Assembly (NCBI GenBank): GCA_041747375.1
Contig: JBGTFH010000048.1
Location: 240-64,239 of the forward strand
Reading direction: 5' to 3'
From: Acidimicrobiia bacterium
GTDB taxonomy: Bacteria; Actinomycetota; Acidimicrobiia; Spongiisociales; ZC4RG35
Length of the DNA: 64,000 bases
Below, one piece after another: positions 8,958-18,553 of this stretch; the stretch's first letter is position 1, and each line of letters begins with the position of its first letter. The notes under the pieces are model-generated. The model saw nothing but the letters and a program-made list of their open reading frames with translations. It did not search any database and was not told the DNA's origin. A program made the position numbers and the translations under genes.

Positions 8958-9962
8958 CTACCAGGTGGGGACGTATGACGTCAGGGTCTGCATGTAACCG
9001 GCGCGCTCGTAGGCTGAGGGGTCGGGAACCGCGTTGTAGCTCATACTGCCCCGGGCCTGGCTAACCGAATCAAAATCTCTGTCCGTCAGCCATTGCTGAA
9101 GGCCCCCTCGGACCTCGGCCAGCCGTGATGGACCATGACGGAGCAGGGCGGACGCCATCATTGTGACTGTGGCTCCAGCAAGGATTGCCTTGATAGCTCC
9201 GGGTGCCTCGTGGATACCGGTGGTGGCGGCGAGGTCGCAGTTGGAACGACCGTAGAGGATGGCCAGCCATCGTAAGACCAGCCGGAGCTCACCAGGATCG
9301 GAAAGTACGAGGCTGGGGACAACCTCCAATGAGTGGATATCGATGTCGGGTTGGTAGAAGCGGTTGAAAATGACTAGACCATCGGCACCTGCGTCTGTCA
9401 GCTTTTGGGCCATGTTGGCGGTTGAAGAAAAATAGGGGCCGATCTTGATTGCCAGCGGGATGTCCACTTCCTTCTTGATTTGCTCGACGAGTTGCAGGTG
9501 AACGTCCTCGACATCCAGGGCGCTCAACCGGGGGTTAGCAGCGATGCTGTATGTGTTGACCTCGAGCGCGTCGACTCCCTCGTCTGCGAGGATGCGGGCG
9601 TATCGAGTCCATCCCCCCGGGCTCGTTCCGTTGAGGCTGGCGATCACCGGGATCCCTACTTCGCTCTTTACTCTTCGGATCAGTTCGAGGTAGTCGTCGG
9701 TCCCGGTGTTGTAGTCGTCGAGCTGGGGGAAGAACCCACCCGGGACCTCGGCGAAACCCTCCGCCCCCAGTTCGAGACTGTCGTGGACTGCCATGGCGTT
9801 GTGTTCTATCTGTTCTTCGAACAGGCTGGGCAACACCACCGCCGGGGCTCCGGCTGCGGCAAGTGCGTGGACATGGTCGACATCTCCCGTGAGCGGCGAG
9901 GCAGATGGAATTACGGGGTGGTCCAGTTCAATCCCCAGATAGGTCGTGAGGTCGGTGCTCAA
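8958..9962 (-). CDS. Dihydroorotate dehydrogenase-like FMN protein (PFOR-associated)
   Basis: LTTYLGIELDHPVIPSASPL, VVLPSLFEEQI, PVIASLNG, IFNRFYQPDID. 4-nt overlap with nifJ. Confidence 0.88.
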   Translation of the reverse strand: MSTDLTTYLGIELDHPVIPSASPLTGDVDHVHALAAAGAPAVVLPSLFEEQIEHNAMAVHDSLELGAEGFAEVPGGFFPQLDDYNTGTDDYLELIRRVKSEVGIPVIASLNGTSPGGWTRYARILADEGVDALEVNTYSIAANPRLSALDVEDVHLQLVEQIKKEVDIPLAIKIGPYFSSTANMAQKLTDAGADGLVIFNRFYQPDIDIHSLEVVPSLVLSDPGELRLVLRWLAILYGRSNCDLAATTGIHEAPGAIKAILAGATVTMMASALLRHGPSRLAEVRGGLQQWLTDRDFDSVSQARGSMSYNAVPDPSAYERAGYMQTLTSYVPTW

Positions 9963-12900
9963 TCTTCATCCTCCACGTATTCGGCAGTTCGGTGAATCTC
10001 GACCATCTGTTCGTAAAGATGCCAGCGGTCATCGATGTCCTGTTGGGCTCGGGCCATGAGTCTCGAGGCTGTGTCGGGGTCGGCCCTGCCTAGCATCGCA
10101 AACCGTGCCTCCTTGGAGGCGAATTGCTTGAACGGAATGGTCGGCTTCCGGCTATCGAGTTGCAGTCCCGGTGATCCGACCAGTTCCCGGCCGGGGTCGT
10201 ATCGATACAGCGGCCAGTATCCGGAGTCGGTGGCTTCCTTTTGATGACTCATCTGAGTCGACATGTCTATCCCATGCGCAATGCATGGGCTGTAGGCGAG
10301 AATGAGTGACGGACCTTGATGGGCCTCGGCTTCGGCGAATGTCTTGACGGTCTGGGTGGGGTTGGCCCCCATGGCCACCTGGCCCACGTAGACGCCTCCG
10401 TAGGACATCGCGATCTGCCCCAGGTCCTTCTTTCCGGTTTCCTTTCCCGACGATGCGAACTTGGCGATCGCCGCCCTCGGCGTAGCCTTCGACGCCTGGC
10501 CCCCGGTGTTGGAGTAGACCTCGGTGTCGAGCACCAGGATGTTTACGTTTCTGCCAGTCGACAGCACATGGTCGAGCCCGCCGAATCCGATGTCATATGC
10601 CCATCCGTCACCACCGACGATCCACACGCTGGTTTCAATCAACGAGTCGGCCACACCCTCCAGTCGGCGGGGGAGCGGCCCCTCGAGGACGGCCAGTTTC
10701 TCGTTGAGCTCAGCGACCAGACGCCGCTGAAAATCCACCAGTGCGTCGATATCGTCGCGGTTGGGGTTCTCGGTGACTTCGAGAAGGTCGACTGCCACCT
10801 GGCCCAATTCGGGAGCAAGTGCAGTCAGTAGCAAAACAGCATCCTCCCGTTGGGACTCGAGCGCAAGGCGCATCCCAAGGCCGAACTCTGCGTTGTCCTC
10901 GAAGAGGCTGTTTGACCAGGCGGGGCCGCGACCGGCGCCATCGACCGACCACGGCGTCGTCGGCAGATTCGCACCATAAATCGAGGAGCAACCGGTTGCG
11001 TTGGCGACGATCATGCGATCGCCGAGGAGCTGGGTCAGAAGTTTGAGATATGGGGTTTCCCCGCATCCCGCACATGCGCCTGAGAATTCGAATAGGGGCT
11101 GGAGTAGCTGCGAGCCCTTGACCGACTTCGCGTTGACTTCGCTGCGCGACATCTCGGGCAGGGAGAGGAATATGTCGAAATTGGTCCGCTCTCGGTCCAG
11201 GTGTTGGTGTTTCGGCTCCATGTTGATTGCCTTGTGCTTGACCATTTCCTTCGACTTGGCCGGGCACACGTCTACGCACACACCGCATCCGGTGCAGTCG
11301 TCGGGAGCCACCTGGATGGCGATTCTCTTGCCACGAAGATCTTTTCCGGTCGACTCCTTCCACAAGAAGCTCTCGGGAATGGGGATGTCCGAATCAAATG
11401 CCTTGAAACGAATAGCAGCATGAGGGCATACCAAAGCGCATCGTCCGCAATCGATGCATATGTCTGCATCCCAGATCGGTATCTCTTCGGCTATCGATCG
11501 CTTCTCCCACCGGGCAGTCCCGGTTGGGAACACTCCGTCGACCGGTAGTGCCGATACGGGCAGCAGATCACCCCTCCCTGCCAGGATCATCGAAGTGACC
11601 CGCTTCACGAAGTCGGGAGCCATCTGTGAAACCGGCTCTGCAATCGACCGCGCGACGATGTCGGTATGGATGGGCATAACCCGTATCAAACCGGCCACCG
11701 CCGCATCGACTGCCCCCTCATTCCGCCTCACAACAACCTCACCTCTTTTGCCGTAGGACTTGCGGATTTGATCCTTGATCAACGAGATGGCGTGTTCGGT
11801 TTCGAGGATGTCGGTGAGATGGAAGAAGCAGGTCTGGAGCACCGTGTTGACTCTTCGTCCCAGACCCGCCTCCCGCGCAATCCCGGCGGCGTCCACCGCC
11901 CAAACCGTCAGGTCCTTGTTGCGGATGTGTGCCTGCGCCTCACGGGTTAGTCGGGTCCATGTGTTGCCAGAATCGAATGGGCTGTTCAGAAGAACAGTGC
12001 CCCCTTCAGCGGCTGAATCGAGGATGTCATCTTTCTCGAGGAAGTCGAACTGGTGGATGGCGACGAAACCGGGGCGGGAAACGAGATAGGTGGAGTGGAT
12101 CGGCTCCTTTGAAACCCGGAGATGGCTGACCGTCCTCGACCCCGCCTTTTTCGAGTCGTACACGAAGTATCCCTGGGCGTAGAGGTCGGTGGCTTCTCCG
12201 ATGATCTTGACCGAGTTCTTGTTGGCCCCGACTGTGCCGTCCGACCCCAGTCCGTAGAACACTGCCCCGGCCACCTCGGGTGGCTCGTGCCAGACGTCAG
12301 GGTCGTACTTGATCGAAAGCCCCGTTACATCGTCGACGATCCCGACGGTGAAATGACGGCGCCCGTCCAATTTCGAGGCCTCCGAGAAAACCCCGGCCGC
12401 CATTGCGGGGGTGAATTCCTTGGATGACAGCCCGTATCGGCCCCCTCGAACATCGATCGACCTCCTGGCTTCGGCGAGGGCTGCGACCACGTCTTGGTAC
12501 AACGGCTCGCCCACGGCTCCGGGTTCTTTGGTGCGGTCGAGAACCGCTATCTGCCTGGTGGTCTCCGGCAGAACGCTCGCGAAGGCTTCGACGTCAAACG
12601 GTCTGTACAGTTTGACCGTGACCAGCCCGACCTTCTCTCCGTCGGAGACAAGTCGGTCGATGGCTTCTCGGGCCGCACCGGCGCCTGAGCCCATTATCAC
12701 CATGACGGTCTCTGCTTTGGGGTGTCCGTCGTAGCGAAATAGTTGGTACGAACGGCCACTGATTTCGGCAAACCGATCCATCGTCGTGCTGACAAGCTTT
12801 GGGAGATCCTGGTAATAGAGGTTCGCCGCCTCTCTCGCTTGGAAGAAGACATCGGGGTTCTGCGCCGTCCCCCTCAGCACCGGTCGATTCGGGTTGAGTG

Positions 12901-13528
12901 CACGGATTCGGTGGGCGGCGATATGGTTCTCGTTCACCAGTTTGCGCAGGTCCTGTTCGCTGAACATCTCGATCTTTGCCATCTCGTGCGAGGTGCGAAA
13001 ACCATCGAAGAAGTGGAGGAATGGAACTCTCGATTCCATTGTGGCGAGGTGGGAGATGACCGCCAGGTCTTGGGCCTCTTGCACCGACTCCGATGACAGC
13101 ATCGCCCATCCGGTTTGGCGGGCGGCCATGACGTCGGAGTGATCGCCAAAGATGGATAGGGCATGGGTGGCGATCGAACGAGCGGCGACATGGATCACGG
13201 TCGGGGTCAACTCGCCGGCGATCTTGTACATGTTCGGAATCATCAGAAGTAATCCCTGCGAGGCCGTGAAAGTGGTGGTCAACGCGCCGGCAGTCAACGA
13301 GCCATGAACTGCGCCGGCTGCCCCGGCCTCGGACTGCATTTCGACCACATTAGGGATGACACCCCAGAGGTTGGGCCTGCCCTGATGCGACCATGCATCA
13401 GCCAATTCACCCATCGGTGATGCCGGGGTGATCGGGTAAATTGCAATCACCTCGCTCATCAAGTGGGCGATCCGTGCCGCGGCCTCGTTGCCGTCGACGG
13501 TGGAAAAACTGGCTCCGGTCGGCTTCAC
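9959..13528 (-). CDS. nifJ: Pyruvate:ferredoxin (flavodoxin) oxidoreductase, homodimeric
   Basis: IYPITP, EMQSEAGAAG, GLGSDGTVGANK, two CxxCxxCxxxCP motifs, FSGACAGCGE, GGDGWAYDIG ThDP motif. Confidence 0.97.
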   Translation of the reverse strand: MKPTGASFSTVDGNEAAARIAHLMSEVIAIYPITPASPMGELADAWSHQGRPNLWGVIPNVVEMQSEAGAAGAVHGSLTAGALTTTFTASQGLLLMIPNMYKIAGELTPTVIHVAARSIATHALSIFGDHSDVMAARQTGWAMLSSESVQEAQDLAVISHLATMESRVPFLHFFDGFRTSHEMAKIEMFSEQDLRKLVNENHIAAHRIRALNPNRPVLRGTAQNPDVFFQAREAANLYYQDLPKLVSTTMDRFAEISGRSYQLFRYDGHPKAETVMVIMGSGAGAAREAIDRLVSDGEKVGLVTVKLYRPFDVEAFASVLPETTRQIAVLDRTKEPGAVGEPLYQDVVAALAEARRSIDVRGGRYGLSSKEFTPAMAAGVFSEASKLDGRRHFTVGIVDDVTGLSIKYDPDVWHEPPEVAGAVFYGLGSDGTVGANKNSVKIIGEATDLYAQGYFVYDSKKAGSRTVSHLRVSKEPIHSTYLVSRPGFVAIHQFDFLEKDDILDSAAEGGTVLLNSPFDSGNTWTRLTREAQAHIRNKDLTVWAVDAAGIAREAGLGRRVNTVLQTCFFHLTDILETEHAISLIKDQIRKSYGKRGEVVVRRNEGAVDAAVAGLIRVMPIHTDIVARSIAEPVSQMAPDFVKRVTSMILAGRGDLLPVSALPVDGVFPTGTARWEKRSIAEEIPIWDADICIDCGRCALVCPHAAIRFKAFDSDIPIPESFLWKESTGKDLRGKRIAIQVAPDDCTGCGVCVDVCPAKSKEMVKHKAINMEPKHQHLDRERTNFDIFLSLPEMSRSEVNAKSVKGSQLLQPLFEFSGACAGCGETPYLKLLTQLLGDRMIVANATGCSSIYGANLPTTPWSVDGAGRGPAWSNSLFEDNAEFGLGMRLALESQREDAVLLLTALAPELGQVAVDLLEVTENPNRDDIDALVDFQRRLVAELNEKLAVLEGPLPRRLEGVADSLIETSVWIVGGDGWAYDIGFGGLDHVLSTGRNVNILVLDTEVYSNTGGQASKATPRAAIAKFASSGKETGKKDLGQIAMSYGGVYVGQVAMGANPTQTVKTFAEAEAHQGPSLILAYSPCIAHGIDMSTQMSHQKEATDSGYWPLYRYDPGRELVGSPGLQLDSRKPTIPFKQFASKEARFAMLGRADPDTASRLMARAQQDIDDRWHLYEQMVEIHRTAEYVEDED

Positions 13529-13562
13529 AGAGCCAAACTACGGCGACGACGGGCGTTGCTCC

Positions 13563-13580
13563 TAGTGACGAAAGTCCCCA
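13563..13580 (-). promoter_or_regulatory. DosR/DevR-like box upstream of nifJ
   Basis: Minus strand reads TGGGGACTTTCGTCACTA, close to the DevR consensus TTSGGGACTWWAGTCCCSAA. Centred about 43 nt upstream of the leaderless GTG (-10 TAGTTT). Confidence 0.65.
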
Positions 13581-13941
13581 GGTGGTGTGTCGATCGGCCC
13601 CGACCTCAGCCGGGATCCGCTGATCGGGGAGTGAACTCGAGCTGCTCGGCGTTGTCAGAACCAGGGTTGAGATGACGACGGCCGCAACACCTCGCAATGC
13701 CTCGGCCGTGAGAAGGCTCGAGAGGTCAAAGCCGAGCCCTGGGGGGAAGATCGGACCGTCGTAATCCTAAGACTCGTCGGAATTCAGATCGAGCTCAGTT
13801 CCGGTTGTCGGACAGCTTTGGGCCATCGCGGTAGTTTGGCATGCAGGGCGCCAGGTCAGCGTCTGTGACGGATGCATCCAGTTAGGCCCGCGTGTCCGAA
13901 TCTGTGAAACGCGCCTCCGAGGTTGAGTATCCTTCGCGACT

Positions 13942-14424
13942 GTGAGAACCCGAATTCTCGTGGTGGCCCTAGGCATCGTCCTTGTTGGCTGCAGCGGCTC
14001 GGACTCCACCGATGGTGTTTCTGGCGGTGCGATCGCTTCGCCCTGCGATCTCGCCGATGCTGCACTGGTCAGTCAGTTCTTCATTGGAACGGTGGCCGAC
14101 GGTGTAGAAGGCAGTGCTCGCAACTGCTCATTTGCGATCACCGGCGGCGAGGTGGGATCAGTGGACGTCTACTACTTCGGTGAAGCGTCGGGATGGGATG
14201 GAACCAAGAGCGGTTTCGAGGCCAACCGTGGCGGAGTCACCGACGTGGATGGGATCGGGGACGCGGCCTATTACCCCAACGACAGAGGTCCACGTGAACT
14301 GGTGGTCCAGTCGGGCGGCGAGATCTTTGCCGTGACAGTTTTCACCGGCCCGGGCGAAACGTCGGATGCCGTCAACGCCTCGGTAGCCGGTTTGGCCGGC
14401 GCGATCGCTGACGACCTCGGGTGA
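13942..14424 (+). CDS. Lipoprotein (DUF3558-like)
   Basis: Lipobox LVGC; SPCDL and DVDGIGDAAYY motifs. Confidence 0.7.
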   Translation: MRTRILVVALGIVLVGCSGSDSTDGVSGGAIASPCDLADAALVSQFFIGTVADGVEGSARNCSFAITGGEVGSVDVYYFGEASGWDGTKSGFEANRGGVTDVDGIGDAAYYPNDRGPRELVVQSGGEIFAVTVFTGPGETSDAVNASVAGLAGAIADDLG

Positions 14425-14469
14425 TACCGGTATGCAAACCTGTTAGACACGCAGCGACTCGATAGCGCC

Positions 14470-15582
14470 GTGGAGTCTGCACGACCTACCTGTTTCCTGA
14501 TCGCAGACATCTCCGGCTACACCGGTTATCTCTCGACAGTTGAAATCGACCATGCGTCGGACATCCTCACCGACCTTCTCGAGGTCATAGTTTCGGCACT
14601 ACAACCTGGTTTTGAACTGTCACGCATCGAGGGCGACGCTGCCTTCATGTTCGCGATCGGCGATGACCTCGATGGGACGATGCTTCTCGACAACATCGAG
14701 CGCTGCTACTTCGGGTTCCGGCGTAGGAGGCGCGACATCCGTCAAGCCACGTCGTGCGACTGCAACGCATGTAGCCGGATCCCCGACCTGGACCTGAAGT
14801 TCATCGTTCATCATGGCCCGGCGATAGTCCAGGAGGTTGCCGGGCGTCGAGAGTTGTTGGGGATGGATGCCATTGTGGTGCACCGCCTCTCCAAGAACGG
14901 AGTGGTGGAGCAATTAGGAATGAGCGCATACTCACTGTTCAGCCAGCGATGTGTCGACGCGGCGGGTTTGGACCCCGGACTTCTCGGAATGACTCATCGC
15001 GTCGAGACCTATGACGACATAGGTGACGTGGCGACATGGGCCTACGATCTCGAGCGCCGCTGGACGGAGGAAGACGGTCGCGCTCGGGTACGGGTCGAAC
15101 CCGAAGACTCGGTCCTCACGATCGAGGTGCCGACCCGGGTCCCGCCCCAGGTGGCCTGGGAATTTCTCACCACACCCGGGCAACGGATGTCGTGGCAGCC
15201 GTGGGTCACCGAGGCAAAAGTAAGTGGAGCGGTTGGGGGACGGCGGGGTGTGGGATCGGCCAATCACTGTATGCATGGGAAGGATGTGGCCATCGAGGAG
15301 ATCCTCGACTGGCGACCATTCGAGTACGTGACCGACCGGACGATCGTCGACACGCCGGGCGGGCCGGTGAAACTGATTCACACAATTGAATTCGAGCCGA
15401 CTGTAGATGGCACCGTAATTCATATGAGATATACCGCTGATCAGGACGCCGTGCAGGATTCGGATTTGCTAGAAGCCGCCGGGGCGGCATACGAATCTCT
15501 GATCAGGCCGGTGATCCCCGACCTGGTCGCCCAGTTGAACGAACGGTTCGCGGGGTCAGGTGCGCCGAATATGTCAGGGTGA
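14470..15582 (+). CDS. DUF2652 (nucleotide-cyclase-like) domain fused to an SRPBCC domain
   Basis: IADISGYT, IEGDA, CDCNAC, LKFIVHHG, VHRLSKN. The C-terminal part (PPQVAWEFLT..NHCMHG..EEILDWRPFEYVT) is SRPBCC-like. Confidence 0.8.
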   Translation: MESARPTCFLIADISGYTGYLSTVEIDHASDILTDLLEVIVSALQPGFELSRIEGDAAFMFAIGDDLDGTMLLDNIERCYFGFRRRRRDIRQATSCDCNACSRIPDLDLKFIVHHGPAIVQEVAGRRELLGMDAIVVHRLSKNGVVEQLGMSAYSLFSQRCVDAAGLDPGLLGMTHRVETYDDIGDVATWAYDLERRWTEEDGRARVRVEPEDSVLTIEVPTRVPPQVAWEFLTTPGQRMSWQPWVTEAKVSGAVGGRRGVGSANHCMHGKDVAIEEILDWRPFEYVTDRTIVDTPGGPVKLIHTIEFEPTVDGTVIHMRYTADQDAVQDSDLLEAAGAAYESLIRPVIPDLVAQLNERFAGSGAPNMSG

Positions 15583-15593
15583 TCCGGATGGCG

Positions 15594-16100
15594 TCAGCCG
15601 TCCTGTTGAGGGAGAGTCGACCGGGTCGGTAGTGGAATCGATTCCGTCTCGTTCCTGACGGTGGCCCCGATCACCAGGCCGGCGGAGATCAAGACGGCAT
15701 TCTTCATGATGTATTGGCCCTCGAGCGTCAGCACAAACGGGAAGTCGCTCCAAATTCGTTCCGGGAAGATCAATAGTGGTGTCAGGGTGCCTGCCATCTG
15801 GGCGAACAGGAGTCCCAGTGTCAACCGCAGATACTTGCGCGTGATCAAGCCAACTCCGATCGTGATCTCGAGAAGTGCGAGCCCGATACGAGCGACATTC
15901 GGAGGGAGCAAGCCAAGGGTGAGGGCTTGGGTGGTGTCAGTAGCGATCTGGTCCGCGGGGCTCATGCCAGGAAAGAGCTTGAGAGCGCCGAACCAGATGA
16001 AGATCAGTCCGATGGACCAACGGAGCAGGACGACCCCGTATGAGGACATAAAAGTGATCACTCTCCGGTCGAGAGCATCAAACCGATCTCTCCAGGTCAT
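15594..16100 (-). CDS. DoxX-family membrane protein
   Basis: LLRWSIGLIFIWFGALK and LTLEGQYIMKN motifs. Confidence 0.8.
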   Translation of the reverse strand: MTWRDRFDALDRRVITFMSSYGVVLLRWSIGLIFIWFGALKLFPGMSPADQIATDTTQALTLGLLPPNVARIGLALLEITIGVGLITRKYLRLTLGLLFAQMAGTLTPLLIFPERIWSDFPFVLTLEGQYIMKNAVLISAGLVIGATVRNETESIPLPTRSTLPQQDG

Positions 16101-16142
16101 TGTCTAAAGCGTACGTGGAGTCGCAATCAATCGACAGTCCTG

Positions 16143-18416
16143 TCAGCGTCCTCCACCCGAATTTGCCACCTGCCCGAGGACCGTTCCCAAACGCTCGAGC
16201 AGGATGTCGGCGTGGTGGCCGCCAAATACCATTGGTGGCCTGATCTTGAGGACGTTCTCGTTCGGGCCGGTTGTCCCGATCAACACACCGTGGTCCTTCA
16301 TTTCTTCTTTCACCCGCTCGGCCAGGTCCGGCCCGGTCATCTCGACACCGATAAACAGACCGGGGCCGCGCACATCCTTGACCGATGGGTGGGCGATCGA
16401 TGCGATAGCGGTGCGGAGATAGTCGCCGATGAGCTGAGCCTGCTCGGCGAGCATTTCATCCTCGATCACATCGAGTACCGCCATCCCTGCGGCGGTTGCG
16501 ACCGGCGATCCCGCGAAGGTGGAGAAGTAGTGCCACCGATCGGCGAATTGCTCGGCGATTGCCCTGGTCGTGACCACTGCACCAATGGGGTAGCCATTGC
16601 CCATCGGCTTGCCGAGGGTAACGATATCGGGGACAACCCCGCTGCCGTTGAATCCCCAGAAATTTGGGCCGACCCGACCGAACCCTGCCTGGACTTCGTC
16701 CGCAATCAGCAATGCTCCCTGCCGATCGGCCCACCGCCTTGCAGACTCCAGATAGCCGTCGGGCAGCTCATGGATCCCCTCACTGGAAAAAACGGTGTCG
16801 AAAATGGCAGCGGCGGGGGAGCTTCCATTCGATTCCATCGTGCTCACCGCACCATCGAGATCGGCCGTCAGCAAAGATCCGGCATCGTCGTTCGCAAGGA
16901 TCTCATGGCCCCGGACCCGCCCCGTCCGATCGCTGAATCCACCAAACTCTTCCGGGGACATCGCCGCGGTTGCCCAGGTGGTTCCGTGATAGGCATTCTC
17001 GGTCGTGACCACGCCGTGGTGGCCGGTGGCGGCGACCGCGATCTGGTAGGCAAGGTCGTTTGCCTCACTCCCGGAATTCGTGAACATCACCACTGAAAGC
17101 GGGTCGGGAAACCGTCGGGCCAGCCTCTCGGCGTACTCGGTGACCGAATCGACCAGATATCTGGTGTTTGTGCTCAATCGTCGGGTCTGAGCAGAGATCG
17201 CAGCGACCACCTGGGGATGGGAGTGGCCGACATGGGGAACGTTGTTATAGGCGTCGAGGTAACGCCTCCCATCCCGGTCGTAGAGCCATACCCCGTCACC
17301 ACGGATTGGGCGTACTGGTTCGGAATAGCTCAAGTCAAGTGCAGGGCCCATGGCGTCTGTTCGTCGTGACCTTGCCTCGTTGAGTGGGACCTTTCCGTCC
17401 ATACGAAACCCGCAGCTCGATCGGATTTTGTCGACGGTCGCAGAGCGGTCGGCATTTTCGATGGCCAGCAGCGTCTCGAACATCTGCAGGGCGTCACCAG
17501 ACGCGTACTCGGCGTTTTCGGGGTGGATGGCGAGATGGCGCGCCGCCATCAGCAGCGATTGGACACAGCGACCTGCAACCAATCCCGGAAGGAGTTCGAT
17601 CTCCTTCAAATCGAGGGGATCGACCACGTGGTATGCCGCGGCGGTCTGGGAAATGCCCAACGCGGGGTCGCCACCGAAGGTCTGATACGTTGCGGCGACG
17701 GCGAGGTCGCAGATCCGCGGTCCCCAGGTCATGTCACCAAAGTCGAAAACCCCGGAGATCTCCTCGGGATCGTCAGCACTCATCACCAGGTTGTCGTCGT
17801 GGAGGTCTCCATGAATTGCCTGTGCGGGGAGATGGGCCAGTTGGGGCTCGACCCCGGCGATGTATCGGTCCAGCGCATCGGCCACGACTCCTCGCCTTTC
17901 CGAATCCAGGTACTCCTGCAGCGGTTCCAATTCGCTGAGCCGGGTCAGGTCCCACGGAAACGGCCGATGCAGTATCGGGTTGTCGTGGCCACGGAGGGCA
18001 CGGCTTAGGCGGGCGCTCATCTTGCCCACCGCCCGTTTCAGCGAAGGCGATGAGCCGGTCGGTGGTGGAGCGACTCCTACCAGGAAGTCCGTGAGCATGA
18101 CCTCGTGATCGCGGTACCTGCCGGTTGTGGTTCCGTCGCTGGTGGGGATGGTTCGGGGGAGTGGCAGCGACGGATCCATGGCGAGGGAGTGCTCGATTGC
18201 GACCGCTTGCGCGGCGAGGGCGTCCGACCTATCTGCCGTGTTGGCAAACTTGAGGATGTGGCCAACCGACCCCGGGCGATCAATCCGAAACGTGCGGTCG
18301 CGTTCGCCGGGGAGTGGAACGGCGGTACCGGTAATCCCATAGATTTCTCGCAGTGTCTCCTCGGCCTCGATGGGACTGATCTCGGGACGGGGTGTGTCGA
18401 AGAGGTCGAAATTCAT
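16143..18416 (-). CDS. APH-type kinase fused to a class III PLP aminotransferase/phospho-lyase
   Basis: HGDLHDDNL and DFGD kinase motifs; YLDAYNNVPHVGH, IADEVQAGFGR and TLGKPMGNG PLP motifs. Confidence 0.9.
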   Translation of the reverse strand: MNFDLFDTPRPEISPIEAEETLREIYGITGTAVPLPGERDRTFRIDRPGSVGHILKFANTADRSDALAAQAVAIEHSLAMDPSLPLPRTIPTSDGTTTGRYRDHEVMLTDFLVGVAPPPTGSSPSLKRAVGKMSARLSRALRGHDNPILHRPFPWDLTRLSELEPLQEYLDSERRGVVADALDRYIAGVEPQLAHLPAQAIHGDLHDDNLVMSADDPEEISGVFDFGDMTWGPRICDLAVAATYQTFGGDPALGISQTAAAYHVVDPLDLKEIELLPGLVAGRCVQSLLMAARHLAIHPENAEYASGDALQMFETLLAIENADRSATVDKIRSSCGFRMDGKVPLNEARSRRTDAMGPALDLSYSEPVRPIRGDGVWLYDRDGRRYLDAYNNVPHVGHSHPQVVAAISAQTRRLSTNTRYLVDSVTEYAERLARRFPDPLSVVMFTNSGSEANDLAYQIAVAATGHHGVVTTENAYHGTTWATAAMSPEEFGGFSDRTGRVRGHEILANDDAGSLLTADLDGAVSTMESNGSSPAAAIFDTVFSSEGIHELPDGYLESARRWADRQGALLIADEVQAGFGRVGPNFWGFNGSGVVPDIVTLGKPMGNGYPIGAVVTTRAIAEQFADRWHYFSTFAGSPVATAAGMAVLDVIEDEMLAEQAQLIGDYLRTAIASIAHPSVKDVRGPGLFIGVEMTGPDLAERVKEEMKDHGVLIGTTGPNENVLKIRPPMVFGGHHADILLERLGTVLGQVANSGGGR

Positions 18417-18510
18417 CGCATCGACATTGTGGTCGCGGGCTCATTGGAATGCAGAAAGAAGGGCGTTGCGAGGGTCACCAAAACTTCTTCCGTTATTGGG
18501 AACGGGGGTA

Positions 18511-18553
18511 TTGAACCCTTCGTTTGTGTTCGGTAGGGTCGAACGTATGTTCG
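18511..18553 (+). promoter_or_regulatory. Sigma70-type promoter (TTGAAC-17-TAGGGT) with a LexA/SOS box, CGAAC-gtat-GTTCG, over the start codon
   Basis: Read directly: -35 at 18511-18516, -10 at 18534-18539, Gram-positive SOS box at 18540-18553, ATG at 18547. Confidence 0.8.
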
